Below are positions 48,505 through 62,493 of a DNA stretch of 64,000 bases, in pieces. Position 1 is the first letter of the stretch, and each line of letters begins with the position of its first letter. The DNA is taken from the NCBI GenBank assembly GCA_003427395.1, contig BFEA01000018.1, forward strand, positions 2,249,722 to 2,313,721, written 5' to 3'. The notes under the pieces are model-generated. The model was not told the origin of the DNA. It did not search any database and saw nothing but the letters and a program-made list of their open reading frames with translations. A program made the translations under genes and the position numbers. Origin of the DNA: Chara braunii (lineage: Eukaryota > Plantae > Charophyceae).

Positions 48505-51500
48505 CTGAACATAATGAATTCCGACACAACCGCAAATGGCACCGTCGCCATCACATACACCCCAAACCAACAGGCACATTGACATTGATTAGTGGAGGAC
48601 AAGAAGGCCAACCAAATGCATCCATTCCTTCATAACATCATGTCCCTCCGACGGAAGCCATCATCACATCTTTCCAGCTTCGTTCTTCCCCACTGAAGTC
48701 TTTCCCTCTTTTCAAGCCCATAAATTACGCAAATGTGAGTCCTCCTATATTTACACCAGACTCCATGCCAGTTTATTGCAGTTCTGTGGTCCCCCTTGAC
48801 CACCCCATTTCAATGTTGTTTTTTTTTTTTTTCCCATTTCAATTTTAAGAGCACACTCACAGATGATTCTCGACGTCTTGTCGGCAACTTGCACTTCAAA
48901 TTTCTTCAAATCTCTTCAAATCTCTTCGTCAAATTCACATCAATTTTGCAGCCCGTCAAAGACGGCATAACAGCAATACTATTCAGATCTCAGAGGCCGT
49001 GAAGGGTTCTACAGGGGGTGATCAGCATCAGAACAGAAAAAGATTAAAGGTTGCTCGAACACACTTTTGGCAATTGTTTGCAGTCCTTATTTGCCTACAC
49101 TTGTTGGCATTCCTAAACATTATGTACAATCAATTATACAACATCACAACTATATCATCCACTTTCCCCTCAAACAAGTGCCTCAACCATAACCCATCTC
49201 TTCCCCTTCTGGGATAACGCCATGGAGCATCACCACCTTCCCACACTGCGTGGCATGCGTCCACCTGGCCTTATCTATGCCCGCAGAGCCTTCTCTGCCC
49301 TCAGCACTCACCCTTCTCTACAGACATCTAAAGGCAAGCCTCGGTAACCCTGCCCTCCACCACCACAGTGGGTGCGCATATTTAAGCTGAAAGCCTAGTA
49401 CCTCCGAGCCTCTTTTTGCCGTGGCGGATCCGCACAGCGTGCCAAGCTTTGCCATTGTGGTCCCCGGTAGGCCGGGGCCCCAGAATGTTCAGATTGGCTC
49501 GATTTTTTTTTTCTCAAGCTTGCCTGGGCGATGTGCTGGCAATTTAAGATTCCCCACCACAGTTCTGAAAAACACAGCACAATCTCCATCAGGAGTAGAT
49601 GAACAAGCTCAACAGACATGCATAGCAGGTGAAACAGCATCACAAAACATGTGAAGGAAAGGATGGTAGCAACAATTAGCCCTTTTCCAGAGAGGACACG
49701 GGCTGAGCATCGAGTTCATACACCACCTTTTATGGGGTTTGGGCTTGCAAAATCTGGGTCAAATCTGGTTCCCCAGAGGTCTGCTCAACAGGCAGCAGAC
49801 CCAGAGCCTACACTTCCTTATCATGGCTGCTGGCAAAGACCCAACAAGACGACGCCCCAAATTTAGAGAATATCCCTGTAGTAGGTGGATCACCACAATA
49901 CAACCCAACAAGATGACGCCCCAAGTTTACGAGACTGACTGGGGGGGAGTGAGAGAGAATGGGAGCAAGAGTGCATGGAATGACACACCGATAGACTCAG
50001 AGCTGCGAAGAGAGTGCCGAAGACAGCGTGCAGCAGAAAACAGGGGAGAAACAGTTCTTTTGGTTGAATGGTCTGACAACCTGGGTTACAACCCGTGCAG
50101 CCTGGGTGGAGGGGGAGGTACCTGGATGGCCTTCCAGGCCGCCCGGCCGGGCAGAGTACAGCAGGTGTTGCCAGCACATCTCCGCGCTGGGCCTTTTTTC
50201 AGGCTTAGGACTACAAGACAGGCCATCAGAGGGTCGTGGGAGGCCCGAGAAAACTGTCAGGCCAAACCTGCAGCAGGTATTATTTTTTGCAGCCTGATCT
50301 GGGCCATCAGGCCACGAAGAAACTGGGGAAAAGGGGCCAATCGGAGGGGCTGACCATGCCCCCACGCTACAGTCGATATTGCCGCTGTCCCATGCTCGCT
50401 CGCATCATTATCTGCATCACGTCGTCGTCATCCCTGGAATCCCTCCCCCTGCCAGACCTGCACCTGCGCCAGCGCTACAGTCACTATTGTCTATTGTCGC
50501 TGTCCCATCCTTGATGGCATAATTGTCTTCATCACGTTGTTGTCATCCCTGGAATCCCTCCCCTCACCTGCACCTGCTCCAGCGCCAGCGCCCTCCACGC
50601 CCACAGGTAAGAATAATCCCTTTTTTCTTCTTCTTCTTCGTCATCTTCCCATTTTTCTTGCATTTACAGAGATAGATAGATAAGAGAGGGAGCCTCTCCC
50701 CCTTCCTTCCGTCGCTTCTTCCCTTCCATTCCACCACCTCTCCGCCGTCCTTTTGCAACCTCTCCCCCTTCTTTTCTCCACCCGTTCCCCTTCCTTCCGC
50801 CACCTCTACCCCTTCTTCCCCCCAACCCCCAACCCCCACCCCACCACACCCCGAAAACCAACAATGGCCATTTCAAACGAAATGGCCGGATTCTGCAGCA
50901 CAAGAGCCACCCAGCCATCAAACGCGGCAGAAATTCTTGAATCAACCAGCATTTCAAACATAAGGCCGGATTCTGCAGCACAAGCGCCGTCCACCTCTAC
51001 TTAAGCACAGAGCAGCCCACCTATACGTAAGCCCAGAGCCGCCCATCCATCACAAGAAAAAAGAAAAGAACTCCTGGACACTTTTCGGTACGCCGAGGTC
51101 ACTCAGGCATACTCCTCCCAACCTCTCCCCAGATCAGGTAGGCCCAGCCTGCCATCCCAGTAGCCGAGCTCACAGTGGGAAATGAGAAAGAAAGAGAGAG
51201 TAGGAGAGGACACGGACAAGAAAACAGGAAACGAGAAAGTGGTTCTCTCGGTCAAACAGAAGGGACACATAGTGTCAACTCCATGAGACCATCGCCACGG
51301 GCCGGCGGAAAAATAACTGAACTGCCACTCCCCAGAATGGACAGAAGCCATTGCCATAAGCTATGGCTTCTGAAAACTCAAAACAGAGGACGAAAAGGAA
51401 AAAAAGAAAGTACATACCCAGGAATGGGCTCAGGGGTGTGAGAAACCAGAAGCACTAGGGCGCTACTCAATCAGGTTCAGTTATTGCTGGAACTCAACAT

Positions 51501-52274
51501 GGAGGATCTCATCCACCTAGACAAGGGACATGGGATACAAGCGTGTTAAGTATCATCTGGAAAATATGTGCCGACTCTGCCCAGGGTAAAAGAAAAGGTT
51601 CGCAAGCCTCCAACTGTTGATAGCATATGCAGCACTACCCGTGACCCGTTATCTTCACGAGTGACGACACACAGGGATCCATACAGTTGCAAGATCCACA
51701 TGATGTAGATAATAAGCCAGAAGACTTGGTACACTGCCTGCTCTTATGCACTGAGATGCGGACAAAATTGCCACAAATTGCATAAACCTTGATTTGATTT
51801 GCCTTCGCTGTTCCACCCCTCAAGCTTCTTTTCTGAATTGATCAAACCTGCTCTCCGTGAAATCTGTCAAACCGTGGTTTGATTCCATCCAATATGATTA
51901 TGACCACAAAAATGTGGGTGATATGGAAGGCGTGGTGTCCCAAGACCATGAACAAGCAAAAAGACGGCCAGGAGGCATCCTGGGCTTCTACATATAACCG
52001 AACAGAAACGTAGAAAATATGCAGACAAAGGGACACATGCACTGGGGTCGTCTCTCAAGTGGTAGCACACCCGGCGGGTAGTGCTGGACCTTTGCGTTCC
52101 ACACACTGACAAGATTTCCCTCGTTTGCATTCCGCTTTTCCCTCCCCATGTGAGCAATTTAACGAACAGGCGTGGCCGACCCTTTCTTCACAATGTGCAC
52201 AATACACACCAAACATTCGTCAGTCCACGAGCTCACTATTTTCACCCTACACACGGTTTCACTTGCCAACTGAC

Positions 52275-54296
52275 CTGTCTTTCGCTCCGGGGTCGGTGAC
52301 GACTGCAAAGGCTCGCTAGTTGCAGCAGGCTGCTCTACTCCTTTGTCACACGCATTTGTCTGAGGTGGCTTATCCAGGGGTGAAGCCGCATTTTGCTGTG
52401 CTGCCGTCCGCCTCTGTCGAGCAGTCGAGGCTGCACCTTCTGCTGGAATAACCTTCGGTGATACTGGATGTCGTTCTGCAGTGCAATCGCCACATTCCGC
52501 TTGTTGAGAAGGACCAGATTCATCATTCATTGGACCGGAGGCCCCGAATTCACACATCAAGGCAGGTAAATCCTTCTCTTCTGCGACTTGGCTCGTTGAC
52601 GCTTGCTGTCCATGTCTATCCCCCCTCAGTAATTTGGAACAAGAATGGTCCACATTAAGAGCAGCATTCACTCTCTTCTTTCCAAGGCTATCCACTTGAT
52701 CATCATCTGGACTGGTTGGAAGATCTGAACCCCTTCCTGTTTTCCCTCCATCCACACAACCTTCCGCCTCACCCACATCTATGGACCGTGCTGCTCCCAC
52801 TCTATGTGAACGGCATTCCACTCCCTCCATATCGCACCGAGCTTGCCTTTCATCGTCGAGTCGGATACAGTCGTCTTCTTCACAGGCCGCCTGATCATTG
52901 TCTCCCCTCCCACTTGAGCAACTGACTCCCTCGCCTGTACCCAAACCATCACGCGGTTCTGGGGATGAGCATCCGGCAGGCTGTCCTTCAAATGCAGTCG
53001 GTGAAACCGGACCCCCTTGCTCCATGTGAAAATTCAGCTTCGCATCAATCACCCTTGTTTGCCGACTATCATCCTCCATGACATCCACATGAGAGCAATC
53101 CTGGTCTGCCATCTCCGCCGAAACTTCTGCATCCGCAGGGGACGATGATGCACCTTGTGCACCTTGCCGGTCCCCGGTGTCTGAGGCTGGAAATTGGTGT
53201 TGAGCAGCATGTACATGTTTTGACGGTAACACTGCGCTCACAGGACAGGTCCCTGACGATCCTAACAAATCGCACGCATTGCCAGCAGAGACAATAGACG
53301 ACCCGCTAAGCAATGCTGCATCAGTTTGCTGCTGGTATAGCTTGGCTCCACAGCGCTGCAGAAACGCCGCTGCCTTACCTCCTCGCGATGATCTCCCACT
53401 TTTCAGCACCCCTCCTACTACATGCCGGCTGTCACAAGACCCTTGTGGTGTCTCAGGAGTGCATTCCTTGCACTCACTGCCTCCTCCCAACCGCAAATCC
53501 AAGTCCACAGCAGCCTTGGGCAATAAGCCAGGGCTTGCACTGAGACCCTGGGCATTACCCCCTCCCCTTTCTCCTCTCCTGCCCGTCGGAATCCTCACAC
53601 CGCTACACCCGCCAGTTGAACATATGGGCGAAACTGATGACCCTGTCAGGCCACGACTCATCTGCTGAGGCGTATGCAAACCTACTATATCCTCAGAGAG
53701 AGGTGTCGTTTCTTCCCTCTGTTCATTCCGCAAACTGCAAGCAGCATTCGCCTCAACCCAATCCAACCTGCTTCCTTCCTCCCTCTCCGCGTCTGATTCC
53801 CGACCTAACAACCCTCTGTTACCGAAGGACTCCGTTTCCTCATGTCGTAGGGAGCCTGAATCGTGGCTCTGCCTCTTCGCCCGAAGCAGCATCACCAGAT
53901 CGTCGATTCCGTTTCTCTCCCCCCTCTCCATGCTTGTTGCCTCCTCCTCTCCCTCGTTTCCTTTGCCAACTCTCTTCCACACAGTCCCTTTCCCATTAAC
54001 CTCCAACTTCTGGGCTTCTAGCATATCTTGAGAGACGGGTACTGGTACCGCTTGGCTAGGCGAGCCAGAATCTTCACTCCTTACCCCATTTCCCGGGCTT
54101 GGCAGCATTTCGACCAGAGCCGGAACCTCCGGCTTCATATCCCGCTTTCCATGCCACTGCTGCAACTCAACTCGCCCCCAGTGTTGCATACAGCGGTTAT
54201 TTTGCTCGTCCTTATGGGAATGGTCACCATTTACCCAACTTCCTTCCTGTGATATCCGCCTCCGCCGTCTTCTTGGAAGCGCCCGCTCAGCACAAA
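52275..54296 (-). CDS. TRP/TRFL protein, large low-complexity exon
   Basis: 723-codon stop-free ORF (52159-54330). Donor ACAG|gtcagt (phase 1) joins the 48504 exon in frame. Acceptor gatgcag|tt was chosen by phase and is uncertain. Confidence 0.7.
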
Positions 54297-54727
54297 CTGC
54301 ATCACAGAGCTCACGCATATCAGTTATCACCTTCTACTCTGCTGCTGCTTTCTCCTTGACCTTCAAAGCAAAGTTTGGACTCGAATCAGAAAAAAGAGTT
54401 ATGGTTTTGTCATAGAACTAAACCCGGGCACAACAACGAGCTGAACCTCACTGTGCACTAATTGACTCACACTCTCCACAACCTGTATATTTCTTCATAA
54501 ACAACACAGTGGACTCCATGTACAACTTGGAAGGAGAGCAAAGGATTGACAAGACAGGCAGGAAAGCAATGAGATAAGCATCATAAAGATCTCAAGGGTA
54601 AGGACAGTGCACCATTCTTTTCTCTAAGTGCCTTATCAGTCAAATTGCAAATCGAGACCTAAGTCAAATTTCTAGATGCAGACGACTGACCGAGTGGCCC
54701 GCCAGGATTTTATTTCTAGGTACTCAC

Positions 54728-56411
54728 CAGTGGGAGTCTCCTTGTCCTGATCTGAAATGGGCAAGCTGTTTGGAGGACAGAACCCATTCTCTTTACCAGC
54801 TTCGCAATCACCCACAGATAGACCTTCCTTTCTCCTCTTCGCAAAAGAGCGTCGGCCCTTTGCAACACCTACTTTCCCAGGAACCTCTACCTTCCTCCCA
54901 TCGTATTGCTCTATGCTGACTTGTCTCTGTAAAACGCCGCCCAGCATTCCTCCCCTGGCACCTACACTCACACCGCTCATGTCCTCCCCCTTCCAACTCC
55001 TTTCCTCCCTGTCCCTCTCTTTCACCATTTTGATCTCCATGCCTTTATCCTTTTCCCTTTCCTGTGCTTTTCTAATTATGCTTACCCCTTCGGTCTTGAC
55101 ATCACTCGTGCATTTGCCGTCCGCCCACCCACCTTCCTCAGTCCCCTCCTCTGATTGCATGCCTTCCATGCTGTGTGTATACCTCCTTGACCTCTCCTTC
55201 AAAATGTCAACATCATGAAACATATCTCTACACCTCCCCTCTTCTATCTGTCTCTCTTCATCGTTCACCTCGTGTTCTTTCTCATCACTGTCGAATTCCC
55301 TATCCTTCTCCATCTCGTTCCCGTTCTCTTGCTCCCACATCTCTTCTTCCTCTTTCTCAAAAGAATTACCCCCACTCAAATTCCCTGTCTCCTGTTGACT
55401 ATCACTCTCCCTTTCTTCAGTTTCCTTCTCCCATATCCCCATTCCATCCTTACTCTCCGCCATGTGCCTTGCCGTAACCTCCTCTTCATCGTCCCTCGCA
55501 ACAAATGCCCCCTCCCCGACTCGCTGTTCCCCGTGTGGACCGGCACGAACCACACGCTCCTCATGCATGGCCGCCTTGCCATTTCCCTCGGCGGTGGTGC
55601 ATGCAAACTCCAAGGAATGCTTAGGACGGATCTCCGATACCAACTCAACCGACAGGTCGCTTCTTCCCTCTTGACTGCTCTCGCTCTTGCCGCCCCCTTC
55701 ACAGTCAATTCCCATGTCAGCTTTAGAAAACCGTCCTTGCCTGCAAGCCCCTCCTTGTTTTGGTTCCATTCTTGGCTTGACTCTAACGTCCCCTCCATCC
55801 TCAGCAGTTTCCGACTGCTTGACGCGGCACAGGTTGTGGAAGACTGCATCGTCTATTGCACCACTGGCACCTTCTCTGCCCTCTCGCTCCACAATCGACT
55901 TCTTAACCCCCTCATTTAAACCAGTTTCATGAACCTTCACAAGGACAGGGACAATGATCGCCTGCGCCGTTACAAGGCTCGCCAATTCTGTCAGTCCAAG
56001 AGCAGCTTGCTCCTGGTCTTCCGCATTGTCAACGTCCTCCTGACATCCCTCCTTTTCCGTTCCTTCGCTCCTCGCTCTCCATGATCCAAGCTTTGCACTC
56101 TTTGGCACCTTCCCATTTCTTCCCGCTGTTTCCCTTGCCCACTTGCTCTTCGCTTTCATGCTACTTGCCTCAAGAATTTCCGCTGCGTTCGCCAACATCA
56201 CCACCTGATGAGCCCAGAATCTCTTCGCCACTGGCGATCCACCGCCACCGCCATCGTACACTGACACGGTATCTTGCTCTGCCGTTCCCACCATGTTGTC
56301 TGCTTCTCTGAGAGCCACAGTCCCCCTTTCTGACGGCTGCACAGGCGGCACAGCCGTGCACCCGCTCGTTTTGCTGCCAGAGGGCATCGACCTTCTTGGA
56401 AAGGGACGCAC
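54728..56411 (-). CDS. TRP/TRFL protein, large acidic/charged exon
   Basis: 616-codon stop-free ORF (54672-56522). Acceptor gtgcag|GTG, donor ACTG|gtgagt. Confidence 0.7.
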
Positions 56412-56664
56412 CTGCACAATGCACGTCAACGATGCCACCTTCAATTTTCTCCCAATCCAGAAAAGACACAAGTTTATAACTGCCAGACTGTTAGGGATAC
56501 AAGGTAATTCACACAAGTTCACAATCTCACTTTTATCAGAAGATCAGACCACTGATTGGGGAAGGCATTGAACAGTTAGTTCTTCACTCCTGATCAAGAA
56601 AGAGCCGATTCTCCTTTCCCATGCAGTAGCATGCATCATAGCACATTGGACCGGCGAGAACAAA

Positions 56665-56952
56665 AGTCGTGAGCTTTTGCTCAATCATTCATTACGCCCC
56701 CCTTATACCAGTCAGTGCAAGGACATGTCAAATCTAGCTCATTCCAGACTTGCACTGGCCATAATCCGGGCCAGGTACCTCGAGAACCAGCCTAGCGTGA
56801 GCATCCCCGGGAAGAACAAAAGTCTTGAGCTGTTGTTCAATCATTCATGACGCCCCCATAGACAAGTCAGTGCACGGGCATACTCATTTGGACTTACACT
56901 GCCCATAATCGGGGCCAGGTACCTCCAGAAACAGCCTAGCGTGAGTACCCCC
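56665..56952 (+). repeat. Diverged tandem duplication (~155-bp unit)
   Basis: tcaatcattcat...gggccaggtacctc...cagcctagcgtgag occurs twice. Confidence 0.8.
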
Positions 56953-57854
56953 TGGAAGTGCCTAAGGTATGTAAATATAACACGCGCACTGTGATCCAAA
57001 AACATCGAAACCCAGAAATCTGAGAGCAAAAAAGGGCAAAAAAAAGTGCTTCCAGGATTCCAAAGGAACCATACTCTCCAACATAACAATTTGCAGGGCA
57101 AAAAAAAAAAAGAGTATACACAAAAACCAACACGTGTGCTTGCAAAGATACCTAATCACAGAACGACCACCCACTAATGAAGGACGACCATCAAACACGC
57201 CATTCAAGAACTGCCTGTTTCGAGTGGACCTCACTCTCTCGAGCATGGGCCTGCAACCCCCCTTACTTTTGAACGCATCAACTGAACTCAGGACAACACC
57301 AACTCCAAGAAGAACTCCCCTACTAATCAGAATCACCCTCTACAACTCGGACATAACCTTATAAATTATGATTTCCATCTTATCAGCAACAGGCTCGCAT
57401 GTGTTGCACAGCCCGCTCCACTTAATTTTGCACCTACCGGAGCAATGCAACACCCAATGCAGCAGTCGTCAGTTACGTGGCAAGCCTGGATATCCCCAGC
57501 AACATCATGAAATGGGCAGGTTTGATTGACAATTTCACATCCCTTTCACTTTCATTGCGATTCTTCGGAATCCCTTTCCGATCGTTACGTCTCTAGATTT
57601 CCGGGTGATAGGAATATCTGAAAAAAGTTCAAAAAACTCTGACCCATATTTTTATTATTTTACCATTTTTGTTTTTTACTGAAATTTCCTGGTGATGACG
57701 TGACATGCCGCTTCAGTTCCTTATAGGCGGGAAGAAGTGTAGGATAGTCTTCTCACACCACGTACAAGGAGTTCACTCTACATGGAATCCTGATAGTCGT
57801 CTCGCATCACGTACAAGGAGTTCACTCTACATGGAATCCTGCCCCTGCCCAAAT

Positions 57855-58630
57855 ATATGTGTCCTGACTAAACGAATGTACCCCGTGCCAAGATCTCTCC
57901 GCATCCAATATTGGTTCACCCGATCATCACTGCCTTCGATCCTTCGGGCGCATCGGTATGTTCGAGGCAGTGGACAAGTAAGATCTTGCCAGACTAATTA
58001 ATTAGAGACTAGACTTCCTATTCGAAAGCTAGTGATCCTGAGCAGTGAAGGTCCAGTAGAATGTCAAACGGAGACGAAAGCGAGAGAGAATCGAGTCCAA
58101 TAGACTGCTAAGATGGGAGAGAATGTTTGTCCAGTAGAATGTAGGATCCAGGTTGCCAACGCGGAAAAGTTTGCAAGCAGAAAGCAGAGGATAGGGACAG
58201 AAAAGACCACAAACGATAATGACGAACAAAAAAAAAAAAACATGCTCAGATACATGTGTCCTGACTCCTGACTAAACCAGCGTGCCCCATGCCGACCGAG
58301 AACTCTACCCGCCCAATATTGGTTCACCTGATCATCACTATCCGCAATCCTTCATTCCTTGGGTGCACCGACATGCTCAAGACAGTGGACAACTAAGACC
58401 TTGCCAGACTCATTAACTAGAAAGCTAGTGATCCAGAGCAGTGAAGGTCACTAGAATGCTAGATGTCAAACGAAGAAGATGAAAATAGCAAAAGAGAGGA
58501 TAGCGTCCAATAGACTGCTAAGACGGGCAAAAACGTTCGCGATCCAGGTTGTCAATGCTGAAAAGGTTGCAAGCAGAAAGCAGAGAGGGTGGAAACAGAA
58601 AAGACCACAAACGAAAAGGACAAAAAAAAA
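57855..58630 (+). repeat. Diverged tandem duplication (~400-bp unit) in a TRFL intron
   Basis: tgtgtcctgact...ccaatattggttcacc...gaaagctagtgatcc...aaaagaccacaaacga occurs twice. Confidence 0.8.
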
Positions 58631-58726
58631 AAATCCATGCTCCAGCAGTCACAGACAAAAGCAAAGCAGAGAAGAGAGGAAAACAGCAAGCAAGGGAAAG
58701 AAGAGAGGCAATCAAGGAAGGATCAC

Positions 58727-58852
58727 CTCTTCGGCGACGGAAGGAGACTGCAACACTCTTCTGAAGCTGTCGTGGTGGTCCGTCCCAGCAGCTGTTCTAC
58801 TACTCGTAATGCATGCACGTGCTCGTTTAGGCCATCGAAGGTTCCCATCCAT
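58727..58852 (-). CDS. Candidate first coding exon of the TRP/TRFL gene
   Basis: gccATGg start context, MDGNLRWPKRARACITSS...SVAEE, donor GAG|gtgatc in phase 0 matching the 56411 acceptor. No homology support. Confidence 0.4.
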
Positions 58853-59119
58853 GGCACAGCCGCTTCTGCTGTCTTCTCTACTGTAAAATCTTCGATTAGA
58901 AGTGTGACTGCATTGAACACACCACGATGTCCTTCTGTCAGCTACACAGTCTGTCTGCCAGTCCTCAGGTAGAAGAAGATACACAGAGTCAAGCACACAT
59001 GCAACCTTGCTGCTGCACACTGCCTAGCCTTCCCAAACTGTTCAGTATTCACCTCCACTGGCCCACGCTCTGCATCATCCAGGACCAATGAACAGTCCTT
59101 CCCTCCCCTACCCTACACC

Positions 59120-59192
<73 letters not shown>

Positions 59193-59968
59193 ATCCACCT
59201 CCCACCTCAATTCCATGGGCATTCATGAATATGCAGTTCTCTCTCTCTCTCTCTCTCCACCCTGCCGAACCAGGTTCCCCTTTCCTCCATACCTCTCCTC
59301 CATATTCAGCGTCGCCCTCATGCCTCCATCACTACCTGTCTTTTCGACCCCAGTATCATTCTCCGCTCCAGCGTCCACTCATGCCCGCCCTCGCAAGAGC
59401 TTTAGTTTTACAAAAGATTTCCGATGATCATCCCACATTCATACGGCATCATCTAGAATACTCAATCACTAACAATGTCCAAGCTAGTCTGCAACCAGTG
59501 AGCCGATGAGCCCATCAACCATGCATGTGGACAAACAGCGCTACTACTTCCATTCCAATTTGGCAAAAAGTCGCTCGGCGCACCTCCCAACTGAAGCATT
59601 CTCCAACACAGGACCCACAATAAATCAAAATAAGCTTTCTAGTTGTACATTCTCATGTTCCAAATCACTTTGATACATTTCCTGGTATTCCACATCCGGC
59701 AGGATTTGGCCCACGAATCCCCTAATGATGAGCAGGGCCCCTTAACCGTGTGGTGACAAAAGATATTTCCGCTAACCCCAAATCTGCTCACATCGCGAAT
59801 CCCCTAATGATGAGCAGAACCCATATCACAACCACCACCTGGTTATCCACATACAACAAAAAAAAACTGCTACACTTTCAGAATCAAGGTATCTTTTTTT
59901 TCTTTCTTTTGGCTTTCGTAAATGCCAAGTTGCAAACACATTACCATAGTATGACAACTTGCTGGCTA

Positions 59969-60072
59969 TGCTCTTCCCCCAAGTAGAACGTACGGTCATT
60001 AGGTCTGTATTTGGGCAAGTTTCAGTCTAGATACAGCGATAACGACCGTACTTTCTATTCGGGGGAAGACGG
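59969..60072. mobile_element. Same MITE family, diverged
   Basis: tcttcccccaagtagaacgtacggtc...gaccgtactttctattcgggggaagacgg|ta. Confidence 0.8.
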
Positions 60073-60302
60073 TAGGGTATACTTGTAACCGTTCCATAAT
60101 CAGTAATAATAGTCAAATGTATAATCGCACCAGGATTCTGCCCCCCAGCCCATCAAAAGCCGGTCTCGTAGTCCTGTCCCCTAGGGGAATTGAAAAGCCG
60201 ACACAACGTTTTGCCTCAAAAGCTCTGCAAAAGCCACATACTTCAAAAAGAAATCCAAAGCCCTACTGCAGACTGAGGAAAACCATTGGTCAGGAAGCCC
60301 AA

Positions 60303-60670
60303 GCGGGCTAGCTCAGTTGGTTGAGCACGTAAGTGGCACTCAGTAGGTCGCGGGTTCGATTCCCGACGCCGTCCTTTCAATTCCCACAAGCCTCCTTGGG
60401 GTATACTTCCGGTTTTCACCGCCAGAGATTGTCGGCTTTGGGCCTCCTGGCTGGTTAAGAAACGTTGTTCCGGCCTATGCCAGGTGTTAGCAGCCTGGGT
60501 ACTGCTCCCCACACTGAGCAGAGGGTGGTAGACATAGACCCATAACCGTAGCATAGCTTAGCTCAGGGTTAGGGTATTTAAAAGCGGTACTCGTCTCACC
60601 GTAGGATAGCTTAGCTTAGGGTTAGGGTATTAAAAGCGGTACTCGTCTCACCCATAACCGTCGGATAGCT
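60303..60670 (+). mobile_element. tRNA-derived SINE-like element with tandem-repeat tail
   Basis: A box TAGCTCAGTTGG and B box GGTTCGATTCCC, but anticodon and acceptor stems do not pair. Tail has two ~50-bp units containing gggttagggtatt. Confidence 0.65.
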
Positions 60671-62094
60671 TATAGCTGCTGTCTGCGCTTGGGGTGTCGG
60701 GTGCCTGGGGTATTGGGTTGTGGTGCTGGGTTGCCTTGGGCGGATAAGGTCACATGCTGAGATGAGCAGGTAGACAAAGAAAAAAGGTAGGTAGATTAAG
60801 GAAGGCAAGAAATTGAGAGAAGAAGAAACTAGTGTAGCTAAATCCATCTGTCTCCCATATGAGGAGAAGACAGAGTGCATTTTTGGGAAAATAAATAAAT
60901 AAACAAAAATTGGTCAGGGCATTATCCGGTGTTGTATCACGAACCATTTTTGCCGCTATCTCATCAACTTCCTAGGGCCAACATGTATGTCTACCTCCAA
61001 CTATTTCCCATCCACTCAAGACTGACATCACCTCTTTCACTCGGCAAACAGTTATCGCTCCCAAAAATCACCACCTAGCAAACAGACAGCTCCAGCACAA
61101 ATCTCCTAATAGATAATCATGGAGATAGACACAGAAGACTGCATGCCGCAAACAGCCAAGCTTTGCCATCGATTTACTGTCTTGCCCCTAAGGAACGGCA
61201 TATAGCTCTGTTTGCCCTAAGGTTGCCACATTTTCTATACCCCTAAAGATGCACTCTATTCAAAAAGAACACAACAGGGGCCCAGAGAATCGCCTAAGGA
61301 CACTCCCAAGCACAGGCGGTCCAAACAGCAACGCCGAGAACAACAACACCACCAAACACCAGCAAGGAAAATTTTCTACACCGGCAATGCTCCGTCCCAC
61401 CACCCAGATCATTCATCAATCTACACACGTTCATCTCATACCCAAACCTCATGTGCTGTAGGGTGATGACAACAGTCCACCCTGTACCGCAATGAAAGTG
61501 AGTGCACGTCGAAAGGACAGACTGTAACATAATCACGGATGCAAAGCCCCTGACGGAAGAGCAAGTGAACCAGTCGTATGCACATATAGCATCCCTGAGA
61601 TTGCTATTGTGCACAGATCTACCATTATTTAGGAGTTTCCTCCACAGAAGACCTAAAAGCTAGGAGTGACGTAAGTAAGAAGGCGGTCAATTTGTGACAA
61701 ACACCACCAACCATGCACGATGCATGGACAGGCATCAATTCCTTCTCAACAGCACTATGTTCTGCATAAACACCCTATCATGGTAGGCAACTGTGTGCCA
61801 AAATATCATCCAAAGCCTCCTGTTAGGAAAGACCTACAGGAGGAGAATGCTGATGCTGAATGATAGCAAAGGCCTGTCAACCACTGCAAAAGATTTGACC
61901 TTGAGAAGGCTGTTGATCACAAACCAATGAAATCTTTGGTGGACCAGATGCTAGGACGGTCACAGTGGTGAGCTACTACGAGACGACTTAGAACTCCACG
62001 TTCGAAATACAGGGGATGATCCTAATATTGACAGTTGTAATGCCGATGATGCAGAATTGCTTAATTGCTTTCTAGTTGTAATTCTCCTGCACCT

Positions 62095-62095
62095 T

Positions 62096-62174
<79 letters not shown>

Positions 62175-62326
62175 TCACAGCTGTAATCCCAATGGTGTAG
62201 AATTGCTTTCTATCCTCTCTCTCTCACACACACACACACACACAGACGCATCTGTAACCCCGATGATGCAGAATGGCTTTGTAAGTTCTAACCCAGTGTA
62301 TTGCGCTTCTCCTCCCCTTTCCCTCC

Positions 62327-62371
<45 letters not shown>

Positions 62372-62372
62372 N

Positions 62373-62412
<40 letters not shown>

Positions 62413-62437
62413 AGTGTATTGCGCTTCTCCTCCCCTT

Positions 62438-62492
<55 letters not shown>
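62095..62492. repeat. Compound (CT)n/(CA)n microsatellites; similar tracts at 6673-6753, 31736-31811, 39320-39403, 39589-39645, 42708-42800 and 59122-59190
   Basis: Direct inspection. Confidence 0.95.

Positions 62493-62493
<1 letters not shown>

Noticed and set aside
49660-50350. LINE ORF2 C-terminal remnant on + (IHHLLWG..IW)
   Set aside because: Motif too degenerate to support a call.
54331-54360. Alternative acceptor ttgaag|gtcaag for the large exon
   Set aside because: In phase 1 it reaches a stop after 13 codons. 54296 is preferred unless there is an assembly indel.
60303-60375. Functional tRNA gene
   Set aside because: A and B boxes are present, but acceptor and anticodon stems do not pair and there is no nearby terminator. 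Treated as a SINE head.
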